Assembly: GCA_020635725.1 (NCBI GenBank)
Contig: JACJZF010000001.1
Coordinates: 505,947 to 569,946, forward strand
DNA from: Flavobacteriales bacterium
GTDB taxonomy: Bacteria; Bacteroidota; Bacteroidia; Flavobacteriales_F; PHOS-HE28
DNA length: 64,000 nucleotides
Direction of reading: 5' to 3'
The notes under the pieces were generated by a model. That model was given only the letters and a program-made list of their open reading frames with translations. It was not told where the DNA came from and searched no databases. A program made the translations under genes and the position numbers. Of this stretch, positions 1 through 9,495 are shown piece by piece (positions within the stretch are counted from its first letter, which is position 1; every line of letters begins with the position of its first letter).

Positions 1-331
1 CGAAACGAGAATCCGCTGTAACGAGCTGCAGGCTGAGGAAGGCCGCTGTGGCGGCGATGACCGCATCGGGGAATTTCATCCGGTACTTGCGCCGAAGCAC
101 GATGGTTCGCTCTTGGATCACATGAGTGAACTCCATCACCTTGACCTGGCCGAGCAACGCCCGGATCACCTCCTCCCCGTTGGCATCCAGATCCGGACGG
201 CTCAACAGTTCAACTTTGGTGATCACCGAGATGAAGACCGTACTGTCTTGAAGTAAGGCCTCCAATTCATCATCGCCATTCAGCAGGTACTGGACGATGT
301 TGGTGTCCAGCACCAGACTAGGCCCACTCAT
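1..331 (-). CDS. Type II toxin, PIN-domain (VapC-like). The C-terminal end is cut off by the window edge.
   Basis: Reverse translation from ATG (complement of 329-331) gives MSGPSLVLDTNIVQYLL...PDAVIAATAAFLSLQLVTADSRF. The conserved PIN acidic residues are present (LDTN near the N-terminus, PDAVIAATA, TADSRF). Confidence 0.7.
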   Translation of the reverse strand, partial: MSGPSLVLDTNIVQYLLNGDDELEALLQDSTVFISVITKVELLSRPDLDANGEEVIRALLGQVKVMEFTHVIQERTIVLRRKYRMKFPDAVIAATAAFLSLQLVTADSRF

Positions 332-489
332 CCCGAAGCTTGCGCTGATGCTTCACGGGATCGCCCTTCAGAGGCAATGCACCGTTGAAGCGCTTGGCAT
401 CGAAGCCCGATGCCTTCTTGGTCCGGCCCTTCTTCAAGAGGCTCTTCAGCTTGCGGGGCGTGGTATTCCGCTTGACGATGACCACCATG
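318..489 (-). CDS. Small antitoxin-like protein (56 aa) upstream of, and overlapping, the PIN toxin
   Basis: Reverse ORF MVVIVKRNTTPRKLKSLLKKGRTKKASGFDAKRFNGALPLKGDPVKHQRKLRDEWA. Its stop overlaps the toxin start by 14 nt, the usual VapB-VapC arrangement. It is shorter than 60 aa, so it is absent from the ORF track. Confidence 0.45.
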
Positions 490-665
490 ATGGTCAAAGA
501 TATGCGCCCTTGGTCGGCATGACCCCAGCGGCGTGGTCTTCGCCGGCCTCACCAAGAAGCACCTGCCACGCGGGAAATGGCGCCACCTGAGCGAGAAGGA
601 GGTGCTGTTCCTGACGAAGAGGAAGTAGGCACGGCCGGGTTTTCTGCCAGACCGAGCAAGCGCGG

Positions 666-968
666 CTACTTCTTCCGTCGCTTGAGTTTCGTCCGTGGCT
701 GTTGGCTGGTATGGAACACGCGGTACACCACCAGCTCGCCATGTCAGGTGCCGAAGACCAATACGTATGGGAATCCCTTCAAGGGAGTCTGACGCATGTG
801 CCTGTGCACCACCGGAGCACCTTTGGGAAACTGCCGTACGAGCGCTTCACACGCGAGCACGGCCTCCAGGAATCGCTCATCCAGCCCGTCTTGCTGGGCG
901 CGGTAGCAGCGCATCGCCTCGGCGATATCAGCGATCGCCTCGTCCCGGTAAACGACACGGAGCGTCAT
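666..968 (-). pseudogene. ParE/RelE-family toxin interrupted by an in-frame TGA (complement of 744-746)
   Basis: The 74-aa ORF MTLRVVYRDEAIADIAEA...FPYVLVFGT stops at TGA. The same frame then continues HGELVVYRVFHTSQQPRTKLKRRKK*, which is the conserved ParE C-terminus (YRV..H...P motif). Confidence 0.6.
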
Positions 969-1216
969 CCACGCACGGCCTTCCGCACGCGTCGCACCAT
1001 TTGCTCACGCGAATAGCTCTTGCCTTCACCGCGCAGATAGCGTGAGTGCGCCGCGTCGAGCTGGGCCTTCTGGTCATCGCTCATCTCGAAACTGAATCCT
1101 TGGTTCAGCACCATGTCAACAGACCGCAGCTCGGACTCATCGTCCGATTCGAGGATCTGCTTCGCCAAGGCGACCTTGAGTTCTGTGAGCTTCATGGCTG
1201 ACTGCGCTTGATCCAA
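965..1216 (-). CDS. Putative addiction-module antidote (TIGR02574-like) paired with the ParE-like toxin
   Basis: MDQAQSAMKLTELKVALAKQILESDDESEL...MSDDQKAQLDAAHSRYLRGEGKSYSREQMVRRVRKAV. There is a 4-nt ATGA overlap with the downstream toxin start. Confidence 0.55.
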   Translation of the reverse strand: MDQAQSAMKLTELKVALAKQILESDDESELRSVDMVLNQGFSFEMSDDQKAQLDAAHSRYLRGEGKSYSREQMVRRVRKAVRG

Positions 1217-1269
1217 AGATAGCCTTGTGCCCTAGCGATGATTCAGATGCGGGGAGGAGGCCAGGTATG

Positions 1270-1600
1270 GCGCGCTCACTCCACGATCAGCCGCTGCGCC
1301 TCTAGGCGCCCATCAGTTCCCATGAGCTCGAGCAGGTACAACCCGCTCTCCGGAATCCGCATCGTTTCAGTGGGGCCGCTCACGGAGCGCTCAAGAACGA
1401 CCCGGCCCATGGCATCGCGCACCATCACGCGGCAGCGGCCGAGCCGTGGGTCGAGGGAGAGCCGCACTTCTCCATTGCTCGGGTTGGGATACGCGCTGAA
1501 CAATTGATTCGCGGCAACCGATGGCAGGCCATTCGGGTCCTGCGCCAGCTTGATCACGAACGCGTTCCCTGGGTCGGGGTGGTCGAAGGAGTCCACACCC
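1270..1600. repeat. Copy A of a ~330-bp near-identical segment (the 3' end of the SBBP paralog)
   Basis: Direct comparison with 3020-3350 shows about 98% nucleotide identity. Confidence 0.8.
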
Positions 1601-2904
1601 ACATTGAAGGGATGGCTCCCGGTGGCGCCCACCAGGAAAAGGTCTGAGCCGCTCACGAGCAGGTTGCCGGCCAGATCCAAGGAGGTGCCGCCCATCTGCA
1701 GGTCAGAGACCATGCTGCCAGCGTTGTCGAAGACCTGCAACCTCATGTCCTTGGACCCGTAGCCCGAGAGGTTGCCGTCCACAGACCAGGCGGTGCCCGT
1801 GAACTCGGAGAGCATGAGAATGTCCGAGTCCCACAGTTGGATGTCCTGGGCGAAGCTCTCGCCTTGCTCCCAGTACGGCGGAACCGTCACCCAGAGCCGC
1901 TCGCCATCGGGGGAGAAGGCGGTGAGGAACCACTGGGCCTCCCCGCCATTCTGCGGCCCCACGGCCGGGTATCCGTTGGAAAAGCGGAGCATCGAGTCGG
2001 CATAGGTGCCCGCAAGCACCACGTCTCCGGTCGCGGTGCATGTTAAGCCTACGAACGCCGATACCTCACCCCAGATGTTGCAATACACGTAGCGCACCCA
2101 CTGGACGGAGCCTTCGGTATCATATTTCGCCAGGAAGGAGGCGATGTACGCGGTTCCCGGCAGGCTCATGCTCAGATTGTCGAAGTGGGCGATGCCTGGT
2201 GAATCCAAGTACCCTATGATGTACACGTTCGATTGAGCGTCCGTACTAATCGCATAGGCTCTATCCGCTCCATTTGCGACTCCTGCGGTTCTCCTCCAAA
2301 TGAGGTCGCCCTGCCCAGTGAATTTCGAGAGGAAGACCTCCCCAGCGTCCATCCCGGTCAGTAGAATCTCCCCCTCAGCATTGAGCACGATTCCGCGTAC
2401 CCCAGCATGATCGCCTTCTATTTCTGCCGTCCAGATCGTATCGCCTTGGGTATTGAGCTTCAACAGCTCGATACCAACGGTGCCCGATGCTCCGGATTCA
2501 TTCCCAAAGAAGTGGAGTTCATCTGTGTAGCTCGCGGCAACAATGAGGTTGCCCGATGCATCAGACGCCGTGGAGCACCACATCGTATAGCCGCCAACGG
2601 TAACGAAGTTCTCCGCGATTCGCTTTGTCCATAGTGGATTTAGGTCACTATCGAGTCGTGCACAGTAAACAGCGCGTGTAGCTTCCGTGCGTAGAGTGTC
2701 CTGGCCGATTATCAAGGATTCCGAGAACAACCCAACAACGTAGCAGCCACCATCAGGTGCGGTCACGACGGATCGATTGTAGTACATGGAGCTGGTGCCC
2801 TCTGGGCCGAGAATTATCTGATCGGCAATGGAAAATGATTGTGCATGACTACAGAGCTGAAGCAGCTGGGTGGCGATTCCTAACCAATAGTAGAGCTCGC
2901 GCAT
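1276..2904 (-). CDS. T9SS-sorted secreted protein with SBBP-type beta-propeller repeats and a Por_Secre_tail C-terminal domain
   Basis: Signal peptide MRELYYWLGIATQLLQLCSHAQS (start moved to the internal Met at 2904). Repeated Y..GG.G.D.G.AI..D..GN.Y..G motifs. The C-terminus is NPSNGEVRLSLDP...GLYLLELMGTDGRLEAQRLIVE. Confidence 0.7.
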   Translation of the reverse strand: MRELYYWLGIATQLLQLCSHAQSFSIADQIILGPEGTSSMYYNRSVVTAPDGGCYVVGLFSESLIIGQDTLRTEATRAVYCARLDSDLNPLWTKRIAENFVTVGGYTMWCSTASDASGNLIVAASYTDELHFFGNESGASGTVGIELLKLNTQGDTIWTAEIEGDHAGVRGIVLNAEGEILLTGMDAGEVFLSKFTGQGDLIWRRTAGVANGADRAYAISTDAQSNVYIIGYLDSPGIAHFDNLSMSLPGTAYIASFLAKYDTEGSVQWVRYVYCNIWGEVSAFVGLTCTATGDVVLAGTYADSMLRFSNGYPAVGPQNGGEAQWFLTAFSPDGERLWVTVPPYWEQGESFAQDIQLWDSDILMLSEFTGTAWSVDGNLSGYGSKDMRLQVFDNAGSMVSDLQMGGTSLDLAGNLLVSGSDLFLVGATGSHPFNVGVDSFDHPDPGNAFVIKLAQDPNGLPSVAANQLFSAYPNPSNGEVRLSLDPRLGRCRVMVRDAMGRVVLERSVSGPTETMRIPESGLYLLELMGTDGRLEAQRLIVE

Positions 2905-3019
2905 AGTCAATGACTTCCTTTTGGTAACGGAATGTGAGTCAACTCGGCCATCCACTGTGTCGTTGATTACTGTGGCCTGCTCACTCGGGGATGGTCTTCC
3001 AGCGTAGGCATCAGTTCAT

Positions 3020-3350
3020 CGCGCTCACTCCACGATTAGCCGCTGCGCCTCAAGGCGCCCATCAGTTCCCATGAGCTCGAGCAGGTACAAGCCGCTCTCC
3101 GGAATCCGCATCGTTTCAGTGGGGCCGCTCACGGAGCGCTCAAGAACGACCCGGCCCATGGCATCTCGCACCACCACGCGGCAGCGGCCGAGCCGTGGGT
3201 CGAGGGAGAGCCGCACTTCTCCATTGCTCGGGTTGGGATACGCGCTGAACGACTGATTCGCGGCAACCGATGGCAGGCCATTCGGTTCCTGCGCCAGCTT
3301 GATCACGAACGCGTTCCCCGGATCGGGGTGGTCGAAGGAGTCCGATCCAA
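3020..3350. repeat. Copy B of the ~330-bp near-identical segment
   Basis: Same as above. The two genes diverge 5' of this block. Confidence 0.8.
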
Positions 3351-4653
3351 CATGCAATGGATGACTGAAAGTGCTGGCCAAAACAACCACACCTTCATTC
3401 GAGGCATGCAACTCGCCTCCTACTTCAATCAGGCTGCCTCCGATCTGATAATCCTCTTCAAGCGCCCCGGCGCTATCGTAGAGTCGTACCCGAAGGTCAT
3501 CCCATCCGTAACAGGATATCATCCCTTGGGTAGAGGTGACGTTTCCGTAGAATTGGTCAAGTACGGCGTATGAGTCGCCATACTTGTCGATGTCTTGTGC
3601 ACGACTGTAGCCTTGGTCGGAATAATCATCGGTGGTCACCCAGATGCGCTCTCCGAAGTCGTCGAAGGCCACCAAGAATGAGACCGGGGACCCCGCTGGC
3701 CTTGATCCTACTGGAGAGAGACCATTCGAGAACCGCAGAACCGCATCCTCATAATTGCCCACGAGGACCACTCCGCCGCTAGGTGGACAGCACAATGCGG
3801 TGAAGAACGTCCCCTCGGCCCAAAGCGCGCTGTACACATATCGGACCCATTGAACGGTTCCGAAAGAATTGTACTTAGCGACAAAGGACACATTGAAAGC
3901 GCCACTTGCCAGGGGGACAACCAGGCCATCGAAGTTGGCAACACCAGGTGGGGCAAGGATCCCGACGACATACACATTCGAGAACGCGTCTACCTCTATG
4001 GCGTACCCTTGGTCAAAACCGCTCGGGGTGCCCGCTGTCCTTCGCCAGAGAAAGTCACCGGCAGAACTGTACTTGGCGATGAAAACATCCCCAGAGTCTT
4101 GACCTGTGATGAATATCTCGCCCAGTGAATTGGTTGTTATGCCCTTCCCTCCGAGTTTATCCCCTTGAACGGTTCGAGTCCAAACTGTATCGCACTGCTC
4201 ATTCAGCCTGATGAGTTCTATTCCCATACCTCCAGTGTCGCCAATCGTTTGTTCGAAGAGGAATAGTTCATCGGTGAAGCTCATGCCTACGATGCATCCA
4301 CCGACGCCATCTGGGGCTGTCGAAACGGTCATGTGATAGGTGCCCTCGGTCACCCGGTTCTCGGCGATTCTCCGGAACCAGATTGGCTCGAGTTCGGCAC
4401 TCAGCCGAATGTGATAGACCGCATCTGTTTCCGAAGTTCGGAGGGTGTCGAGCCCGTAGAAGACTGAATCTGGGAACACGCCCGTTATGTATTGGCCATC
4501 GTTGATGGCCTCAGCCATGCTGCGCGTCAGATAGATGGATGAAGATGTCTCATTGACCAACGGCGATGACTGACCGAGGGCAAGGGATTGTGCCGACGAG
4601 GAATGCTGGAGGAGAAGCCAGCATAGCAAGAATTGAAAGGCCGTCCGCGCCAT
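3025..4653 (-). CDS. Paralogous T9SS-sorted SBBP beta-propeller protein
   Basis: Signal peptide MARTAFQFLLCWLLLQHSSSAQS. The repeat architecture matches 1276-2904, and the last ~110 aa are nearly identical to that gene, including the T9SS C-terminal domain. Confidence 0.7.
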   Translation of the reverse strand: MARTAFQFLLCWLLLQHSSSAQSLALGQSSPLVNETSSSIYLTRSMAEAINDGQYITGVFPDSVFYGLDTLRTSETDAVYHIRLSAELEPIWFRRIAENRVTEGTYHMTVSTAPDGVGGCIVGMSFTDELFLFEQTIGDTGGMGIELIRLNEQCDTVWTRTVQGDKLGGKGITTNSLGEIFITGQDSGDVFIAKYSSAGDFLWRRTAGTPSGFDQGYAIEVDAFSNVYVVGILAPPGVANFDGLVVPLASGAFNVSFVAKYNSFGTVQWVRYVYSALWAEGTFFTALCCPPSGGVVLVGNYEDAVLRFSNGLSPVGSRPAGSPVSFLVAFDDFGERIWVTTDDYSDQGYSRAQDIDKYGDSYAVLDQFYGNVTSTQGMISCYGWDDLRVRLYDSAGALEEDYQIGGSLIEVGGELHASNEGVVVLASTFSHPLHVGSDSFDHPDPGNAFVIKLAQEPNGLPSVAANQSFSAYPNPSNGEVRLSLDPRLGRCRVVVRDAMGRVVLERSVSGPTETMRIPESGLYLLELMGTDGRLEAQRLIVE

Positions 4654-4895
4654 GATTTAGAATGCTCTAATCGGCATCCGAACGAATGAGAATTCACTCA
4701 TGATGTGCATGATGAATCGCTGTGAACGCGGTGTTCCGAAGGTAGGGTGTCCGCGAGACATGGACCGGGTTATTGGCCCATCAAGTGTGTTGACTTTACA
4801 GATACTCCAGCCCCACCTCACATTGCCCTGTGAACGAACTGCACGGCAATTGCCGTTAGGGGCTATAGGGTGCGGGTAGCTTTCGCACCTTCCCC

Positions 4896-7541
4896 ATGCT
4901 GCGCAAGGCCCGCAACCTCCTTTTGGCATTCGCCGCCCTGCTGGCGCTGGGCTTCGGGGTGCTGCTGGTGCTGGCCAACGTGTACGAGGATGAGGTGAAG
5001 GCCCGGCTGCTCGGCGCCGTGAACGAGCGGCTGCGCGCCCCGGTGAGCGTAGGTGCCATCGACCTCACCCTCATCGCCCGCTTCCCCATGGCCAGCCTGC
5101 GCCTGCGCGATGTGAAGGTGGATGAGGTGCGCACCGACTCCCTGCCCGCCGATACCCTGCTCACGGCCGACGAGGTCTTCCTGGAGTTCAACCTCCTCGC
5201 GCTCTTCGGCGGCAGCCAGACCGTGGAGCGCATCCACACGGCCAACGTGGCGCTCTTCCCCGCGCTGGACCGCAACGGCGTGGAGAACTACATCATCTGG
5301 CGCAGCGATTCCGCCTCCGCCTCTTCGCCGGTGGAACTGGAGCGGCTCACCTTCGATGGCTTGCACGTGCGCTTCACCGACGCCCGCAATGGCCTGCACA
5401 TCGCGGCCGAGAGCGAGGACCTGCTGCTCGCCGGCCGTTTCGGGGAGGAGAGCCAGCTGCGCGCCGAAGGCGATGTGCACCTGCTCTCGCTGGAGCGCGA
5501 CGGGAAATCCCTCCTCGACGAGCGCCGGGCGCAACTGGCCCTCGATATGAGCTTCGGCAAGGAGGCCTTCCAGATATCCAAGGGTGAAGTGCAGCTGGGC
5601 AAGGTTCCGCTGCAGCTCACCCTGGCGCTCACCCAAGGAGCAAAGGGTCGCGAGATAGACCTGCGCGCCAACGGCCTCGGCCTGGACCTCGGTCGGGTGA
5701 TGGAGCAGCTGCCCGCGTCGATCCAGGGCCCGATGAAGCGTTTCGGCCTTTCGGGGGGCATCGACCTGGCCATCAAGTACGCGGGCTCGTTGGAAGGCGA
5801 TGGTCCGCCGCTCTCCATTGGTGCGCAGGTGAGCCAGGGGCGCATGAAGGAGCGCACGAGCGGCACGCAGTTCACCGAGATCAACGGCGAGCTGGCCATG
5901 GACATCGCGCCCGACGGCAGCATCCGCAAGCTGAAGGTGAAGGACCTGAGCGCGCGCAGCGGCTCGGGCAGTTTGCGTGCCGACTGGTCCTCCGGCGGCG
6001 TGAAGAAGGCGCCGGTGAAGGCCGATATCCGCTGCGACATCGCCATCGCCGACCTGCTGCGCATGGCCGGCGTGGATACCCTGGAGCAGGCCGCGGGCCG
6101 TTTCGTCGCTGACATCAAGGTCGATGGCACCCTGCGCGACATGGCCGACCTGCGCGTGAGCGACCTGAAGGCCGTGCGCGTCACGGGCCATGCCGCCTTG
6201 CGCGATGCCGGCTTGAAGCTGAAGGGCGTGCGCCACCGCGTGGAGCACCTGGACGCTGAGCTGGCGCTGAACGGGAACGACGCCACGGTGCGCGGGTTGA
6301 AGGCGGATATCGCCGGATCGCCGATCGAGCTGAGCGGCACCCTGCGCAACCTGGTGCCCTACGCGCTCTTCGAGCAGGAGCACCTGGTGATCGAGGCCAA
6401 AGGCCGCAGTCCGCGCATCGACCTGGGCGCCTTGCTGCAAGGCGATGAATCCGGTCATGGAACGGCCTACGCGCTGGTACTGCCGGCGGCCATCGAGCTG
6501 GACCTGCGCGCGCAGGTGGATGAGCTGGTCTTCGAGGACTTCAAGGCCACCGGCATCAACGGCACCATCCGCATGAAGGACCGCGTGCTGCGCGCCTCGC
6601 CGCTCTCCTTCGCCACCGCCGACGGTGCCGTGCTGGGCAGCTTGGAGCTCGATGCACGCGGCGGCGGCTCGGCCAGCTGGTATCCGCTGGCGATCGAGGC
6701 CGACGTGAAGGACATCGCGATCCAACAACTCTTCGCCGAGTTCCGCGATTTCGGGCAGGAATTCATCGGCCAACGGCACCTCAGCGGGCGCGCGCGGGCC
6801 AGCATCGCCTTCCGCGCGCCGCTGTCACCCGCCATGCGCATCGACCGCGACCGCATCGCGTGCACCATCGACATCGCCGTGGAGAACGGCGGCATCAAGG
6901 GCCAGGGCCAGCTCATCGCCGTGGCCGACTACCTGAAGAAGAACAAGCTCGTGGCGCCCTTCGTCGATACCGAAGAGCTGCGGCGACGCCTGGCCGATGT
7001 GCGCTTCGCGAAGCTGGAGAACCGCGTGGAGATCAAGGACGGCGCCGTGCATGTACCGCTGATGGAGGTGCGCAGCAACGCTCTTGACATCGAGCTGAGC
7101 GGCACGCACTGGTTCGACGACCGCATCGATCACCACCTCAACTTCCGTCTCGGCGACCTCTTCCGCCTGGGCAAGCCCACCGCCGATGAGTTCGGTCCCA
7201 TCGCCGATGACGGCACCGGCATGCGCGTCTTCCTGCACATGCACGGCACCGCCCAGGCCCCGCTCTTCGAGAACGATGGCGCCATGGCCGCCAACAGGCG
7301 ACGCCAGCAGTTCCAGCAGGAGAAGCAGCAGCTGCGCACCATCCTGCGCGAGGACATACTCGGTCACAAGTCGGAAGGCACTACCACCGCGCAGGCTCCC
7401 ACGGGTGGCCGGGTGATCATCGAACAGGAAGGAGATAGCACCCGCAACGAGCTGGTGGTGGCCCCGAAGAAGCCGAAAGGGCGCCTCTTCGCCGAGCCCA
7501 AGGAGAAGAAGGAGCCGGGGCGGATCATCATCGAGGACTGA
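4896..7541 (+). CDS. AsmA-family outer-membrane biogenesis protein
   Basis: N-terminal transmembrane helix followed by VSVGAIDLTLIARFPMASLRLRDVKVDE, which is characteristic of the AsmA N-terminal domain. The remainder is a long beta-rich region of 881 aa. Confidence 0.65.
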   Translation: MLRKARNLLLAFAALLALGFGVLLVLANVYEDEVKARLLGAVNERLRAPVSVGAIDLTLIARFPMASLRLRDVKVDEVRTDSLPADTLLTADEVFLEFNLLALFGGSQTVERIHTANVALFPALDRNGVENYIIWRSDSASASSPVELERLTFDGLHVRFTDARNGLHIAAESEDLLLAGRFGEESQLRAEGDVHLLSLERDGKSLLDERRAQLALDMSFGKEAFQISKGEVQLGKVPLQLTLALTQGAKGREIDLRANGLGLDLGRVMEQLPASIQGPMKRFGLSGGIDLAIKYAGSLEGDGPPLSIGAQVSQGRMKERTSGTQFTEINGELAMDIAPDGSIRKLKVKDLSARSGSGSLRADWSSGGVKKAPVKADIRCDIAIADLLRMAGVDTLEQAAGRFVADIKVDGTLRDMADLRVSDLKAVRVTGHAALRDAGLKLKGVRHRVEHLDAELALNGNDATVRGLKADIAGSPIELSGTLRNLVPYALFEQEHLVIEAKGRSPRIDLGALLQGDESGHGTAYALVLPAAIELDLRAQVDELVFEDFKATGINGTIRMKDRVLRASPLSFATADGAVLGSLELDARGGGSASWYPLAIEADVKDIAIQQLFAEFRDFGQEFIGQRHLSGRARASIAFRAPLSPAMRIDRDRIACTIDIAVENGGIKGQGQLIAVADYLKKNKLVAPFVDTEELRRRLADVRFAKLENRVEIKDGAVHVPLMEVRSNALDIELSGTHWFDDRIDHHLNFRLGDLFRLGKPTADEFGPIADDGTGMRVFLHMHGTAQAPLFENDGAMAANRRRQQFQQEKQQLRTILREDILGHKSEGTTTAQAPTGGRVIIEQEGDSTRNELVVAPKKPKGRLFAEPKEKKEPGRIIIED

Positions 7542-7600
7542 GCGGGCCGGTCTGAGCAACAGCGCATCGGCACCAAAGCCCCTTTGGCGATCTTCACGCC

Positions 7601-9106
7601 GTGGACCTCTATTCCCGCAAACAACGCTGGAAACTGGTGCTGGCCGCCGTGGCCATGCTGCTGGTGGGCGCTTCGCTGTGGTACAGCAGCCGCATCGTAG
7701 AGGGCATCCGTGCCGAGGAGCGCCGCAAAGTGCGCCTCTGGGCCGAGGCCGTGCAGAACCGCGCGCAGCTGGTGAACTACACCGAGAAGCTCTTCGACCG
7801 GCTGCGCGAGGAGGAGCGTAAGAAGGTGCAGCTCTTCGCCGATGCGATGCAGCGGCTGGGCAAGGCCGAGGAGACCGACTTCTCCTTCTACCTGCGCGTG
7901 GTGCAGGACAATACCACCGTGCCCGTGGTGATCGTGGACGACCGCGACGAGGTGAAGTTCCACCGCAACCTCGACAGCGCCATCGTGAACCATCCCGAGC
8001 GGTTGAAGGCGGAGGTGGATTCCATGGCGGCGCTGCGGCCCGCGATCGAGATCGCGATCCATGGCAACCAGAAGCAATACCTCTACTACAAGGACAGCAA
8101 GGTGTTCACCGAGCTGCAGGAGGTGATGGATGGCATCATCCGCTCCTTCATCTCCGAGACGGTGATGAGCACGGCCTCGGTGCCGGTGATCTTCACCGAC
8201 AGCTCGCGCACGCGGGTGCTGGAGACCGCGAACATCGATGAGAACGTGCGGCAGGACACCACGGCGCTGCGTGCCCGTATCGCCGCGATGGAGCAGGTGA
8301 ACGCGCCCATCGCCTTCGACCTGCCCGGCAAGGGACGCAACTACATCTTCTACGAGGAGAGCATCGTGATCACGCAGCTGCGCTACTTCCCCTACGTGCA
8401 GCTCGCCATCCTCGCGCTCTTCCTGCTGGTGGCCTATGCGCTCTTCAGCGTGTTCCGCAACGCCGAGCAGAACCAGGTGTGGGTGGGCATGGCCAAGGAG
8501 ACGGCGCACCAGCTGGGCACGCCGCTCAGCTCGCTCATGGCGTGGATGGAGCTGCTCAAGGATCAGGGCGTTGACCCCAGCGCCATCAACGAGATGCGCA
8601 AGGACCTCGACCGATTGGAAGTGATCACCGAGCGCTTCAGCAAGATCGGATCAGCGCCGGAGCTCACCGCCGAGAAGCTCTACCACACGCTGCGCGCCAC
8701 CGTGCTCTACCTGCGTCCGCGATTGCCGGCGCGCGTGCGCATCGAAGTGAACGCGCCGACGGACACCGAGCTCATGGTGCCCTTGAACAGGCCGCTCTTC
8801 AGCTGGGTGGTGGAGAACCTGATCCGCAACGCGGTCGATGCCATGGAGGGCGAAGGCTCCATCACCATCGACATCACCAAGGACCTGAGCGGCGTGCATG
8901 TGGATGTGACCGACAGCGGCAAGGGCATCCCGCAGGCGCAGCAGAAGACCGTCTTCCAGCCCGGCTTCACGACCAAGAAGCGCGGCTGGGGCCTGGGCCT
9001 CTCGTTGAGCAAGCGCATCATCGAGCAATACCATGGTGGCCGGATCTTCGTGAAGCGCAGCGCGCCAGGGAAGGGGACGACGTTCAGGATCACGTTGAAA
9101 GGGTGA
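7601..9106 (+). CDS. Sensor histidine kinase (membrane-bound, orphan)
   Basis: GTG start. Two transmembrane segments. H-box HQLGTPLSSLMAWMELL. HATPase_c motifs NLIRNAVDAM and DSGKGIP...GWGLGLSLSKRIIEQYHGGRI. Confidence 0.8.
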   Translation: MDLYSRKQRWKLVLAAVAMLLVGASLWYSSRIVEGIRAEERRKVRLWAEAVQNRAQLVNYTEKLFDRLREEERKKVQLFADAMQRLGKAEETDFSFYLRVVQDNTTVPVVIVDDRDEVKFHRNLDSAIVNHPERLKAEVDSMAALRPAIEIAIHGNQKQYLYYKDSKVFTELQEVMDGIIRSFISETVMSTASVPVIFTDSSRTRVLETANIDENVRQDTTALRARIAAMEQVNAPIAFDLPGKGRNYIFYEESIVITQLRYFPYVQLAILALFLLVAYALFSVFRNAEQNQVWVGMAKETAHQLGTPLSSLMAWMELLKDQGVDPSAINEMRKDLDRLEVITERFSKIGSAPELTAEKLYHTLRATVLYLRPRLPARVRIEVNAPTDTELMVPLNRPLFSWVVENLIRNAVDAMEGEGSITIDITKDLSGVHVDVTDSGKGIPQAQQKTVFQPGFTTKKRGWGLGLSLSKRIIEQYHGGRIFVKRSAPGKGTTFRITLKG

Positions 9107-9492
9107 TGGAACGGAGCCATGGCCGCAAAGGCGCAGAGACGCCGAGCATACGCGACCGTGCCTTCATCATATGGTTGAGCGCAGGCCTCGCGACCGTGTT
9201 GATCTGCACGATGACCTTTAGGTACAACGTGGACTTCGATATCGGGGTGAACCACGGCATCATGTCGATGTGGTATGCTGTCGCTGATCTGCCGTTCTAC
9301 GTCGCGCTGCCCATGCTCGCGGCCTGGCTGTTGACGAGAGCGCTTCGACCATTGATCGGCATGAGGATGTTGATTGCCCTGCTGGCGATGGCCCTGCTGA
9401 GCTATCTGCTGATCGACCTGCACTACTGGCGCTATCCAAGTCCTGTACTCGAATATTCCTGGTCGGATCTTTGGTCCCGGCTGCTGAACTGA
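9103..9492 (+). CDS. Hypothetical integral membrane protein translationally coupled to the kinase
   Basis: The ATGATGG start overlaps the kinase stop. Three to four hydrophobic helices. Confidence 0.4.
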   Translation: MMERSHGRKGAETPSIRDRAFIIWLSAGLATVLICTMTFRYNVDFDIGVNHGIMSMWYAVADLPFYVALPMLAAWLLTRALRPLIGMRMLIALLAMALLSYLLIDLHYWRYPSPVLEYSWSDLWSRLLN

Positions 9493-9495
9493 GCC

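Noticed and set aside
744-746. TGA in the ParE-like gene read as a sense codon (alternative genetic code)
   Set aside because: Many confidently called genes in this window terminate at TGA (for example ispG, queA, czcD-like). Standard code 11 applies, so this is a nonsense mutation.
4863-6779. 638-aa minus-strand ORF antisense to the asmA-like gene
   Set aside because: This is the typical high-GC antisense open frame. Its translation is Arg/Ala/Gly/Val-rich with no recognisable domain, and the sense strand encodes a coherent AsmA-family protein.
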